Part shown: positions 39,679 through 48,965 of the stretch, in pieces
Layout: the number at the start of each line of letters is the position of its first letter
Numbering within the stretch: the stretch's first letter is position 1
Source: Candidatus Magasanikiibacteriota bacterium
Lineage (GTDB): Bacteria > Patescibacteriota > Patescibacteriia > Magasanikbacterales > GWA2-37-8
Assembly: GCA_036744835.1 (NCBI GenBank)
Contig: DAIOHD010000001.1
Location: 464,414 to 528,413 of the forward strand
Direction of reading: 5' to 3'
Length of the DNA stretch: 64,000 nt
The notes under the pieces: model-generated
What the model was told of the DNA's origin: nothing
Database searches by the model: none
What the model saw: only the letters and a program-made list of their open reading frames with translations
Position numbers and translations under genes: made by a program

Positions 39679-41172
39679 TTATTTATCGTATTTTTTATTT
39701 ATCAACTCCGCAGCTATTTTCCCGGATTGATAAATGGTCGGTAAACCACTACCCGGATGGGTTCCCCCACCGACTAAATATAAATTTTTAAGCTCTTCAA
39801 AACGATTATGCGGTCGGAGCCATAACATCTGCCCTAAATTGTGGGCTAAATTGAAAACCGCCCCTAAATCAACATTGTAATCTTTTTCCCAATCATCTGG
39901 CGTAATAATTTTTTCTACTTCAATATTTTTGGACAAATCTCCTGTGTTCAATCTATCGCTCATCAATTCAAGCACTCTATTGCGAACTTCTTGCTTTTTT
40001 TCCGCCCAATTTATTCTGGCACGATTGTTGGCTACTGGCACCAAAATGTATAAAGCTGATTTTCCCTCTGGTGCCAAAGTCGGATCGGTTCGGGTAGCAT
40101 CACGGACATAGAAAGAAAAATCTTTTTCTGTCAATTTACCATTAAATACATCGGCAATATTTTGTCGATAATCTTTGGCAAAAACTATAGTATGATGATC
40201 AAGCGGTAGGGTTTTATTAACCCCTAAATAAAGCATAAAAATAGAACAGGAATATCTCTTTTTCTCAAGTTTTTCCGGTGACCATTTTTTTAAAATCCCC
40301 GGCGGCACCAAATTTTTCATAGCATAAGAAAAATCCGCATTAACAACCGTTTCATCAGCAAATTCTTTTTGCCCGTCTTGCAGCTCAACCCCGACAACTT
40401 TTTTATTTTCCAATATTAATTGTTTTATTTTTTTATTATAAAAAATTTCTCCGCCATTTTCCTTTATCACCCTGACCATCGCTTCGGTAGTTTGTGATAA
40501 ACCACCCTGGGTATGATAAATCCCGTCGGCATGCTCTACATAAGGCACCATCGTAAAAGCTCCTGGACATTCCCAAGGAGACATCCCGAGATATTTGGAC
40601 TGAAAAATAAAACTAAGTTTGGCATATTCACTTTTGAAATAACTTCCCATCACTTTATAAAGCGAACGACCGATAGAAAAAGCCGGCAAAGCACGCAAAA
40701 ATCGCCAACCAAAAACTTCAAAAATATTATTATTGTGATTTGATAAAAGCGGAAAAAGTTTATCAAGTCTTATCTTTTCTTTTTCCATGAATTTATCTAT
40801 TCCATTTTCTTCACCAGGAAAAACTCTTTTGAGCTCATTTCTCATTTTTTCTTTTTCATCATAAATATCCAAATGCTTATCTTCGAAATAAAGTCGGTAC
40901 ATCGGAGATAATCTAGTCATTTTTACATAATCTTCTAAATTGCGCCCGGTAAGAGAAAAAACTTCTCGCAAAACCCTGTCCATCATAAAAAAAGTCGGGC
41001 CGATATCAAATTTATAATCACCTAATTGCAAATATCCATTTCGTCCACCTGGAATACTTTCTTTTTCAAAAATTTTTACTTTGAAACCGTAGTGAGATAA
41101 AAGCATCCCGGCAACCAAACCACCTGGTCCGGCACCTACAATAACGATTGTTTTTTGACTATTATTATTCAT
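39679..41172 (-). CDS. phytoene desaturase-family FAD-dependent oxidoreductase
   Basis: IVIVGAGPGGLVAGMLLSHYGFKV Rossmann fold; CrtI-like length. Confidence 0.6.
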   Translation of the reverse strand: MNNNSQKTIVIVGAGPGGLVAGMLLSHYGFKVKIFEKESIPGGRNGYLQLGDYKFDIGPTFFMMDRVLREVFSLTGRNLEDYVKMTRLSPMYRLYFEDKHLDIYDEKEKMRNELKRVFPGEENGIDKFMEKEKIRLDKLFPLLSNHNNNIFEVFGWRFLRALPAFSIGRSLYKVMGSYFKSEYAKLSFIFQSKYLGMSPWECPGAFTMVPYVEHADGIYHTQGGLSQTTEAMVRVIKENGGEIFYNKKIKQLILENKKVVGVELQDGQKEFADETVVNADFSYAMKNLVPPGILKKWSPEKLEKKRYSCSIFMLYLGVNKTLPLDHHTIVFAKDYRQNIADVFNGKLTEKDFSFYVRDATRTDPTLAPEGKSALYILVPVANNRARINWAEKKQEVRNRVLELMSDRLNTGDLSKNIEVEKIITPDDWEKDYNVDLGAVFNLAHNLGQMLWLRPHNRFEELKNLYLVGGGTHPGSGLPTIYQSGKIAAELINKKYDK

Positions 41173-41270
41173 ATTATTAAAAATTTAGTATCAATATTAT
41201 ACCATTTTTCAAAAATAAACGCTAATTAAAAAACCGGCCCAATAGCCGATTTTTCTATTTATTTATTTTA

Positions 41271-42722
41271 TTAAAACTTACCCAAATCCAATTCATGATT
41301 AAACTTGATTTCTTTTACAAAATCAGGCATATGAGAAATAAGTATAATCGCTCCATCGTAATTATTTATCGCCTGAGCAATTATCGGAATATGTCGGAAG
41401 TTGATATGATTAGTAGGCTCATCCAAAACCAATAATCCGGGTTTTAGTAAAACTAAACGCGCAAAAGATAGTAATCCTTTTTGTCCTTCGGACAAATCCC
41501 CGACTTTGTGTCCCATCAATTCTCCGGTTATTAAAAATCCCGCAGCAATAGAGCGCATGTCTTGAAGATCAGTCCCATCGGTTAAAACACTTTTCAAAGA
41601 ATCAAACACTGTTTGATTATAATCCAAAGTCGCAAAATCCTGACTATAATAACCTACACGAGTATCTTTCAAAATCGAAACACCTTCACTAGTACCATTT
41701 ACTAATGTTCTCAGCAATGTGCTTTTACCAACACCATTTGGTCCGGAAATTATTAATCTATCTCTTTGGCGTAAAGTGATGTCTACTTCTTTTGTTTCTG
41801 CTTCATGATTTTTGATAACTTTGACAGACTTTATAACCACAACATTTCCAACAATTCCTTGATCCGGAATAATAAAATCTCTGATAGTTTTATCTTCTTT
41901 ACGCACATCAACTTTGTTCTCTTCCATTTCTTCAATCTCTTCTTTGAGTTTACTGGCGAGCTTTCTCATTTTACCACCTTTGTGTGAAAAAAAGTTTACT
42001 TTATCTTTATTGTCTTGAATTTCTTTTTCTAACTGTGCGTTTTTCTTTCTTTCTCTTTCTATTCTAGCGTTAATTTCTTCTACCACTGTATAATAATCTC
42101 CTACATAAGTTTCCATCTTTTTGGTATAAGCATCTAGATAAACCACGCCTTCGGTAAAACAATTCAAAAAATCCGCATCGTGAGAAATCACCATCACGGT
42201 TTTGTCATACATCACCAAAAATTCTATCAAATGATCAATACCAGCTTTATCCAAATTGTTTGTCGGTTCGTCCAACAATAAAATATCCGGATTTTGTATC
42301 AAAGCATAAGCCAATAAAATTCTAGCCTGTTGACCACCGGATAAATCTCCGATTTTCCTATCTGTTGGCACAGTTAGGTTTACTGCATTCATCACTTTAT
42401 TTATTTGACTTTTGATATTACCCGGAACTTCAAAAAAAGCTTTAGAAAAATATTCTTCTACAGTCAGATCAAAATCTTCTCTAGCAATAACTTGCAATGC
42501 TGTGGCGATAGATGCATTGTTAGTAATAAAAACATTGCCTTTGGTCGGCTTCAATTCACCTTTTATCAATTTGAAAATTGTACTTTTACCTGCGCCGTTT
42601 TGTCCCATCAAAGTTATTTTTGCACCTTTACGCACACCAAAACAAACCTCGTCAAGGATGGGTTTTTTTTCTGTGTATTCAAATACTACATTGTCAAACC
42701 TCAAAATAACTTCTTCGGCCAT
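41271..42722 (-). CDS. ABC-F family ATPase (two ABC domains, no TMD; EttA/Uup-like)
   Basis: Two Walker A sites (GQNGAGKST, GPNGVGKST), two signature motifs (LSGGQQARILLA, LSEGQKGLLSFA), and a charged linker. Confidence 0.8.
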   Translation of the reverse strand: MAEEVILRFDNVVFEYTEKKPILDEVCFGVRKGAKITLMGQNGAGKSTIFKLIKGELKPTKGNVFITNNASIATALQVIAREDFDLTVEEYFSKAFFEVPGNIKSQINKVMNAVNLTVPTDRKIGDLSGGQQARILLAYALIQNPDILLLDEPTNNLDKAGIDHLIEFLVMYDKTVMVISHDADFLNCFTEGVVYLDAYTKKMETYVGDYYTVVEEINARIERERKKNAQLEKEIQDNKDKVNFFSHKGGKMRKLASKLKEEIEEMEENKVDVRKEDKTIRDFIIPDQGIVGNVVVIKSVKVIKNHEAETKEVDITLRQRDRLIISGPNGVGKSTLLRTLVNGTSEGVSILKDTRVGYYSQDFATLDYNQTVFDSLKSVLTDGTDLQDMRSIAAGFLITGELMGHKVGDLSEGQKGLLSFARLVLLKPGLLVLDEPTNHINFRHIPIIAQAINNYDGAIILISHMPDFVKEIKFNHELDLGKF

Positions 42723-42806
42723 AGTATAAATTTATTAGTTTCATGAGAATATCATATTTTTGGCTAATTGTCAATAAAAAACATTGATTGGCGTTTTAAA
42801 ATCTTA

Positions 42807-42835
42807 AAAGCTTCACACGGCGCGTGAAGCTTTTG
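42807..42835 (-). terminator. rho-independent terminator
   Basis: aaaagcttcac-acggcgc-gtgaagctttt. Confidence 0.7.
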
Positions 42836-42901
42836 ATATGGCTAAAATAAGCTAAAACTAAATCATGCAAAAACAACGTCTTTTGAAGAAATTATTTAAT
42901 T

Positions 42902-43150
42902 TTACTTTCGTAGAAGTTTAACAATCCAAATAAGGACAACTGCTCCTAGCAGTGCCACTAAAAAACTATACCAACTGAAACCAACCACACCGCCTTTACC
43001 AAAAAAGTTCATAATCCAACCACCCAAAGTTGCACCGACGATACCGACGATAATATTTAATAAAATACCTTGTTGCGCATTGGTTTTCATAATCAAAGAT
43101 GCAATCCAACCAACCAAGCCGCCAAATATGATCCAAAAAATAATATCCAT
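42902..43150 (-). CDS. GlsB/YeaQ/YmgE family transglycosylase-associated small membrane protein
   Basis: [21 protein letters not shown]; 82 aa. Confidence 0.7.
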   Translation of the reverse strand: MDIIFWIIFGGLVGWIASLIMKTNAQQGILLNIIVGIVGATLGGWIMNFFGKGGVVGFSWYSFLVALLGAVVLIWIVKLLRK

Positions 43151-43204
43151 ATATTTAATTTTTTACTTATTAATTTAAATTATTACCTTGTTCAGAAAAT
43201 CTTT

Positions 43205-44260
43205 TTATTTCTTCCAAATATATCTTGCTGATTTCCAACTATATTTTGCTATAATCAAAACAATGAAGAAATAAATAACGTATTGCAAGATCACAAACAA
43301 TAGAGAAACAAGATTAATGGTGATATCTTGAACCACTTTATTGATATCACGCACAAAAAACTTAACCGCATCTTTCCAAGAATCTTTTAAATTTTGTCCA
43401 TCAATAAATTTATTTTCCAAAATATTAACATTAAAATAAATGTAGTCCAAACGATCGAGCTGTTCAGCTTTGGCGCGTCCGAGTCGTTCCAGTTGCGTAT
43501 TCACGTAAATACGTTGTTGAGTCAGTCTTTCAATGATAGCAATTTTACTATCAATAATTTTTGCCAAACTTTCCACATTTTGAGTTCTGATAGCAAGTCC
43601 AGTAATATCATCATAGGCCTTTATCGCATTAGCTAAAATTTCTTCGATAGAACTTAATTTTTTCTCCAATATTTCTACTTCACTAGTATAATCATCAACT
43701 AACCGTTTAATAGTATAGGTGTTTTCAATAAGCTCCTTTGGGTCCAGGGCCTCAATAACCGCTAAAATTTCCGTGACACTGTCACGCTTAACTTTAAAGT
43801 TATAATTACAACCTTTTTCATATTCATTAGCATTTTCAAAAATAACATCCGCACGTGATTTCAAATCAGAAATTTGTTTACAAGTATCTTCCAATTGGCG
43901 CGTTTCAATGTTAGCGTTGTATTCGGTCACTTCAAATTCTTCGGCATTATCACCAATAGTTCCTCCACCATCTACAACAGGAGGAGCAGATGGTGAAATC
44001 AAATTGCGAATAGACAAATCAACTGCAGCACCAGATTCACCGTAGGCCATTTCGCCTGATTTATTATATACTCCGCCGGTATCAAAATCCGCTGCGCTTT
44101 GGGACATTGAACTGTAAGTTCCAACTTTAGGAAACAACGCCACAAAAGACGAGCCGATCAAACGAAAACCTAAAACGACTACGACAAGCACAGCCAATGC
44201 CAAACCGGTAATTTTCAAAATATTTATCGGCTTAAAATCAAAATTATTTGGAAATTGCAT
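43205..44260 (-). CDS. bitopic membrane protein with coiled-coil ectodomain
   Basis: N-terminal and C-terminal TM helices; ORF only. Confidence 0.35.
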   Translation of the reverse strand: MQFPNNFDFKPINILKITGLALAVLVVVVLGFRLIGSSFVALFPKVGTYSSMSQSAADFDTGGVYNKSGEMAYGESGAAVDLSIRNLISPSAPPVVDGGGTIGDNAEEFEVTEYNANIETRQLEDTCKQISDLKSRADVIFENANEYEKGCNYNFKVKRDSVTEILAVIEALDPKELIENTYTIKRLVDDYTSEVEILEKKLSSIEEILANAIKAYDDITGLAIRTQNVESLAKIIDSKIAIIERLTQQRIYVNTQLERLGRAKAEQLDRLDYIYFNVNILENKFIDGQNLKDSWKDAVKFFVRDINKVVQDITINLVSLLFVILQYVIYFFIVLIIAKYSWKSARYIWKK

Positions 44261-44278
44261 ATGTTTTGTTTTAAAAAA

Positions 44279-44491
44279 TTATTTTTGAATTTCTAAAGCT
44301 TTCTTTTTACTGAAAACAAAAATATACAATATTTCCAATAAACCTACGGTGTTTATCACTAAAAGAGCAAGGAACCACCATTTTTCGTTTTGACGAGCGG
44401 ATTTCCAAAGTGCCCAACCCTTCCAAGGTAAAGTCCAAAGACCTAAAACGATTAATAACCACCATTGGTTGTTGGTCAAAAATTGTTCCAT
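44279..44491 (-). CDS. DUF5652-like small two-TM protein
   Basis: Start taken at the internal MEQFLTNNQWW; WKGWALWKSARQNEKWWF motif. Confidence 0.4.
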   Translation of the reverse strand: MEQFLTNNQWWLLIVLGLWTLPWKGWALWKSARQNEKWWFLALLVINTVGLLEILYIFVFSKKKALEIQK

Positions 44492-44546
44492 AAAATTTAT
44501 GTTAAATGAATAAATTAAGACTTTTTTATTATACCACAATATAAAT

Positions 44547-45329
44547 TTATTCTGTAGCCACAGCAATAAAACCGCATTTTGGTCTTATTTGAACAAGTAC
44601 TTTCATAATATCGTCTATCTTAGGCTCATAAACCTTGAGTTTATCACCATTTTTCAAATCCAGGGTTACAAGTTTATTATGTGTTTGAAAAACCCTTTCT
44701 ACTTCGCAATTTTCTAAAAATATCAAAGCCGATTCCCATTCTCCGTTACTTTCCTGGACAAAAATACGATCATCTATAGTAGTGCACTGCGGTGGATTAG
44801 ATTTCATGATAGCAAATCCGGCTTTAACACAATCATCAAAATTTCTAATAGTAGCTAAAAGTTCATTGCATCGTTCGTGACTGCCCATATCACTTTTTGG
44901 CAAACAATTGGCCAACTCGCGTACAAGATCAACCTCTATTTCCGCTAAATAAATATTTTCAAGATCTTCTGGAAAATTCCATAAGGAATAAAATCTACTA
45001 TAATAACGATGAGTAATTGCAGTGCCTATTCCCTGTTTCTCAAATACAAATCCGGAACCAAGCTGTTCTTTGAATATATAACCTTTTTGCAACATAAAAT
45101 TTATCACCACTTCCCTACCACCTTCGCTTTTGGTCATATACTTATTTTCCTGGTCAGAAATTTTGACAATCTCGTTTTTATTCATAGTCAATCGCATCAT
45201 TCCTTTGATTTGAGGCCAGGGATTTCCTTCTTGAAAAATAACCGGGGAATATAAAAATAGACTTAATCCAAAAATCAATACTACTAATAAAAAAATTCTA
45301 AGAAATGGTTTTGTGTAAAATTTGTTCAT
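44547..45329 (-). CDS. exported hypothetical protein
   Basis: N-terminal signal/anchor; ORF only. Confidence 0.35.
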   Translation of the reverse strand: MNKFYTKPFLRIFLLVVLIFGLSLFLYSPVIFQEGNPWPQIKGMMRLTMNKNEIVKISDQENKYMTKSEGGREVVINFMLQKGYIFKEQLGSGFVFEKQGIGTAITHRYYSRFYSLWNFPEDLENIYLAEIEVDLVRELANCLPKSDMGSHERCNELLATIRNFDDCVKAGFAIMKSNPPQCTTIDDRIFVQESNGEWESALIFLENCEVERVFQTHNKLVTLDLKNGDKLKVYEPKIDDIMKVLVQIRPKCGFIAVATE

Positions 45330-45338
45330 ATTTCTAAT

Positions 45339-45498
45339 TTATTTTTTCCTATTCTTTACAATACTCACGATACCGCTGATAACTACCAATAATCCGAGCC
45401 CTTGTGCTCCTGGGCTATCATCGTATCCGCCATAGATAAACAAAAATGTACCAAATAATATTGCTAAAATAAATAATATAATTTTAATAATTTTCATA
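45339..45498 (-). CDS. unlisted 52-aa small membrane protein
   Basis: Manual translation MKIIKIILFILAILFGTFLFIYGGYDDSPGAQGLGLLVVISGIVSIVKNRKK; fills the gap between neighbouring genes. Confidence 0.35.
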
Positions 45499-45512
45499 TA
45501 AAGACATTGGAT

Positions 45513-46088
45513 TTAAAAACCTCTTTCTTGTTCAGATGAAATAATTTTATCAACCTGTTCTTGAGTAAGATATTGAGCTGAATAAGATACGCCTAATCTA
45601 GAGAGTTGTTTAGTAAAAGACCTTAAATGATTTCTGGAACCTCTGGATAAATTATCATAAACTACCAAAATATCCTGATTATTTGTTTTACTGATTAAAT
45701 CTTGTAAATCTTTAATATCCAAATCTTCAATTGTAGCCCCTACAAATAATGCGTCCGATAATGAATTATTTCCTTTTTCGACTAATTCTCTATACAATTT
45801 AGAAAATATTTGATTACTAAAAATACCAACAGCATTGTCTTTTACAGGGTCTTCTAAATTATACCTTTCAATCAAATATCTAACTGCGTCAGTATGTGTT
45901 GATTCACTACTAGCAATGTTCCTAAATATATTATTTTGCCACTTTTCATACAAAGTAATATATACGTCGTGAGCCAACTTTTCTTCTTCACGCATCATAA
46001 CCAAACCATCTTTTTCTTCTTGACTTAGATTTTCAATTGGTAATGCACTGACCTGATTATGAGCAACAATATAATCGCTGGCATCCAC
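45513..46088 (-). CDS. DUF2202 (ferritin-like superfamily) protein; N-terminal signal peptide is out of frame
   Basis: EEEKLAHDVYITLYEKW...FRNIASSESTHTDAV. The annotated start is a GTG. An ATG-initiated signal peptide MKKNISIGIVVF... lies upstream in the +1 frame across an A7 run at 46164..46170. Confidence 0.55.
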   Translation of the reverse strand: MDASDYIVAHNQVSALPIENLSQEEKDGLVMMREEEKLAHDVYITLYEKWQNNIFRNIASSESTHTDAVRYLIERYNLEDPVKDNAVGIFSNQIFSKLYRELVEKGNNSLSDALFVGATIEDLDIKDLQDLISKTNNQDILVVYDNLSRGSRNHLRSFTKQLSRLGVSYSAQYLTQEQVDKIISSEQERGF

Positions 46089-46311
46089 TATATTTTCATT
46101 ATTTTGTACATTATTATCTTTGCTAAAATTTTGTATTAATAGAAATAAAATTATTGCAAGAATAAAAAAACTACAATACCAATAGAAATATTTTTTTTCA
46201 TATTTTGGATTAATTAATTATACTTTGTATAATAACAAAAAAACACCTTTTTGCAAAGATAATTTTGAATAAAAAAAGCCGTCAGAAAAACTGAACGGCT
46301 AAGCAAAACCC

Positions 46312-46635
46312 TTATGGATTCGGTTTAAGTTCAAGGATGTTCCGACAGATAGCAAGGAACATCTCTGAAGTCAGGTTAATACCGTGATGTTTAACATGGC
46401 CACGAATTTCAGGGTGTTGGTGTTGAATGTACTTTTGATAGTGTTTCTCCAGGATACTGAACACTTTTTCCACTTTACCTTGATCAGAAGCAAGGAGAAT
46501 GACGTTAGTAACGTCAAACGCCAAGTTGCTGCCATAGTTGTTGAAGATTTTCAGTGCGTGGCCATAGAGATCACCCAACTTTTCTTTCAACATTTTTTCA
46601 AAATCTTCGACCTTGATTTCCTTAATACTAACCAT
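46312..46635 (-). CDS. hypothetical small His-rich protein
   Basis: 107 aa ORF; no family recognised with confidence. Confidence 0.35.
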   Translation of the reverse strand: MVSIKEIKVEDFEKMLKEKLGDLYGHALKIFNNYGSNLAFDVTNVILLASDQGKVEKVFSILEKHYQKYIQHQHPEIRGHVKHHGINLTSEMFLAICRNILELKPNP

Positions 46636-46733
46636 TAAATTCTCCTTTAAAAAAACATTGAGGATGTTTAATTATACGCATTAAATAAAAACTAAGTCAA
46701 GATTTAAGGATAAATAAAAAAATAATACCCTAA

Positions 46734-46866
46734 GCTCCCGGGGTCGGCGCTTCGCTATTCGAAGTCGTCGCTACGCTCCTCTCACAAAAACCTTCGGGTT
46801 TTCGTGGACTTTCCTCAGCAAGAGAAAACTCCCGTTTTCTCCCTTTCCCGTTCGAATCCTCACCAC
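46734..46866. ncRNA. tRNA-linked structured element, copy A (3' of tRNA-Asn)
   Basis: Left end gctcccggggtcgg-CGCTTCGCT-ATTCGAA duplicates the tRNA-Asn acceptor-3'/T-stem and T-loop with a 9-nt insertion. Hairpin1 cacaaaaacc-TTCG-ggttttcgtg; CU-rich linker; hairpin2 gagaaaac-TCCC-gttttctc; cctttccc. Right end GTTCGAATCC is complementary to the left ATTCGAA. Confidence 0.55.
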
Positions 46867-46872
46867 AGAACA

Positions 46873-46908
46873 AAAAAATATCACCCCATAAATGGAATGA
46901 TATTTTTT
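46873..46908 (-). terminator. hairpin terminator immediately 3' of tRNA-Asn
   Basis: aaaaaaatatca-ccccataaatggaa-tgatatttttt. Confidence 0.6.
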
Positions 46909-46909
46909 G

Positions 46910-46981
46910 CTCCCGGGGTCGGATTCGAACCGACGACCAATTGATTAACAGTCAACTGCGCTACCGCTGCGCTACCCGGGA
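46910..46981 (-). tRNA. tRNA-Asn (GTT)
   Basis: Manual cloverleaf: TCCCGGG TA GCGC AGCGGTA GCGC A GTTGA CTGTTAA TCAAT TGGTC GTCGG TTCGAAT CCGAC CCCGGGA G; 72 nt, no encoded CCA. Confidence 0.8.
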
Positions 46982-47198
46982 ATTTGTTTAAAAAATTTGA
47001 AAGAATGTTGAAAAATTATTCTCTCAAAACAAACCGGCTTAAACGACCTACGTTACATATATTTCATTAATATACATTAACAACCTCGGCGAAAAAAGCC
47101 AGTCTCTTTCGAAAAAACAACTATTTTAAATAGCAGTGATAATTATAGTTTTTTTGGCTTAGTTTGTCAAATAGGCCAAAAAGAGTTATACACAATAA

Positions 47199-47225
47199 AA
47201 AAGGAGGGATTTAACCCTCCTGAAA
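47199..47225. terminator. AGGAGGG/CCCTCCT hairpin at the stop of the lipoprotein gene
   Basis: aggaggg-attta-accctcct. Confidence 0.5.
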
Positions 47226-47520
47226 ATTATCTTGACCTCCCCAGCCATCTGGTGGGCCAGGTTCGTCGTTTTCCGGTATAGAATCGTCGTCATCTTCTTC
47301 CGGCGGTTCACGATCTGGCATGGGGACACACTTCAGGTTGTCACCCTCACAATAACACTCCGGGTAACAGTTACAGATTCTTCTCGGAAGAATACACTTC
47401 CCCCCAAGCTCTCCGTCTTCGTTGGTGTACTCGGGTTCACTATACCACGAAGAATAGTTTGACCCAGAATCACAAGAAATGAAGAAAAAAACAAAGAAAA
47501 CAACAATAATAATCTTCATC
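47211..47520 (-). CDS. small Cys-rich acidic lipoprotein (about 103 aa)
   Basis: Start taken at MKIIIVVFFVFFFISCDSG (lipobox ISC), preceded by GGGAGGATAAG. The ORF-track N-terminal extension overlaps the upstream gene and is rejected. Confidence 0.45.
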
Positions 47521-47632
47521 TTATCCTCCCAAAAATAGTTTAAAGAACATTTATTAATGACACAAAACACCATTTTTGTCAATACAAAATAAAAAACCAA
47601 CCATTTCTGGTCAGTTTTTTGATAATTTGATT

Positions 47633-48964
47633 TTATAACAATTGAAAACTTTTGGCCGGGTCTTTTACACCATTGAAAACCACATCTTTGATATTGGCCA
47701 CACCAAATTGCCGTCCATCCAAAAATCCTGACATTGCCGCTTCCGCCAACCAACCGGAGTTTACCCAATCAAAAAGCCATTCGTGAGTATCGCTCGGGAT
47801 ATTTTGGGAAATTCCCGCCCCGACCATTTTAAGCCAAGTTTTGTTAAAAAATTCTTGAGAACCCAATGGTGGCGCCATGACAATCGGAATTCCTAAACCG
47901 CAATAAAAAGAAAGTTCTGATGGTTTAGTCCAAAGAATATCAGTTTTTCGTAAAGTTTGATTAAATGATCTAAAATAATCTTCTTTATGAACCTCAAAAA
48001 TAATATTTAAGTTTTTACCAAGATTTTTTTGCATCCCATGACGACAAATCTGTTTTTTAAAATAAAGATAAACATCGTTACGCGTTCCGGCCACTAAATT
48101 AAAATTTATTTCTTCGGTCAAAATCTTCTTTTTTAAAGACAACAAAATACTATGGGCCAAATCACGTTGTGCCCCAGCTCCCCCAACGGCAAATGTCAGC
48201 GTAAGAGGATGTTTATGTTTATCTTCTATTTTGATATCTTTTATAAACCGCATGATAGTATCGGAATATTTTTGACGATACATTTTTTCTGGATCAAGAT
48301 TGATGAGGCGTTCAGCCAAATCACTTTTTAAAATTTTTAAATCCTTACCGCCAAGATTTTCTTCTGGTAGTGGAAACCCGGTTAAAAATATATTTTCTTC
48401 CTTGACTCCGTATAATTTCAACCTTTCCACCACTCGACGACAAGGGGCTAAATATTTTATCCGACTTTTGGAAGGATCAAGAGCCACCCAAGCGCGTGAA
48501 ATATCTGCATCGCAAAGCACACAATAAATTTCATTTTTGAATCCGTGTTCCTCGGCAAAAAAAGCTACGGTAAAAAAAGTAGTAATAAGCGGAATATCTT
48601 CCTGATTGAGATAATTGACAAAATCTTTTCCCCAACCTTTTTTAATAAGTCGATAAATTTGAGTAACTTGTAAAATAGGTTTACTCAAATCACGACGAGG
48701 ATAAAACTTCGGAATAGCCTGAAGTTTGTCATAAAAATTAAATACTGGTTTTCCAATAAGTGGAATATGGGTAAACCGAGAAATGGCTTCATAAAATTTT
48801 CTGGTATTAACCCATATTTTTCTGTCTTTTTCCGGAATTCCCGGATAATTATTGGCATTTATCACTTTACCGTTGGGTGATAAATGACGTAGTGGATAAG
48901 CAGCACGTTGATGACCATACCCCATATCTACTGACACTATCCAAGCTTTTTTATTTTCTTCCAT
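47633..48964 (-). CDS. hypothetical protein, possibly GT-B fold glycosyltransferase
   Basis: N-terminal SVDMGYGHQRAA (G-rich loop like the MGDG synthase/MurG N-domain) and C-terminal FAVGGAGAQ; weak. Confidence 0.3.
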   Translation of the reverse strand: MEENKKAWIVSVDMGYGHQRAAYPLRHLSPNGKVINANNYPGIPEKDRKIWVNTRKFYEAISRFTHIPLIGKPVFNFYDKLQAIPKFYPRRDLSKPILQVTQIYRLIKKGWGKDFVNYLNQEDIPLITTFFTVAFFAEEHGFKNEIYCVLCDADISRAWVALDPSKSRIKYLAPCRRVVERLKLYGVKEENIFLTGFPLPEENLGGKDLKILKSDLAERLINLDPEKMYRQKYSDTIMRFIKDIKIEDKHKHPLTLTFAVGGAGAQRDLAHSILLSLKKKILTEEINFNLVAGTRNDVYLYFKKQICRHGMQKNLGKNLNIIFEVHKEDYFRSFNQTLRKTDILWTKPSELSFYCGLGIPIVMAPPLGSQEFFNKTWLKMVGAGISQNIPSDTHEWLFDWVNSGWLAEAAMSGFLDGRQFGVANIKDVVFNGVKDPAKSFQLL

Positions 48965-48965
48965 A

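Noticed and set aside
46734-46866. Elements A/B/C as small protein-coding genes (minus-strand SD-like GAGGAGGA)
   Set aside because: No start codon or ORF is conserved between copies. A 30-aa frame in copy C has no counterpart in A or B.
47521-47768. N-terminal 82 aa of ORF 47211..47768
   Set aside because: The extension overlaps the 3' end of the upstream gene in another frame. A lipoprotein-type start with an RBS exists at 47520.
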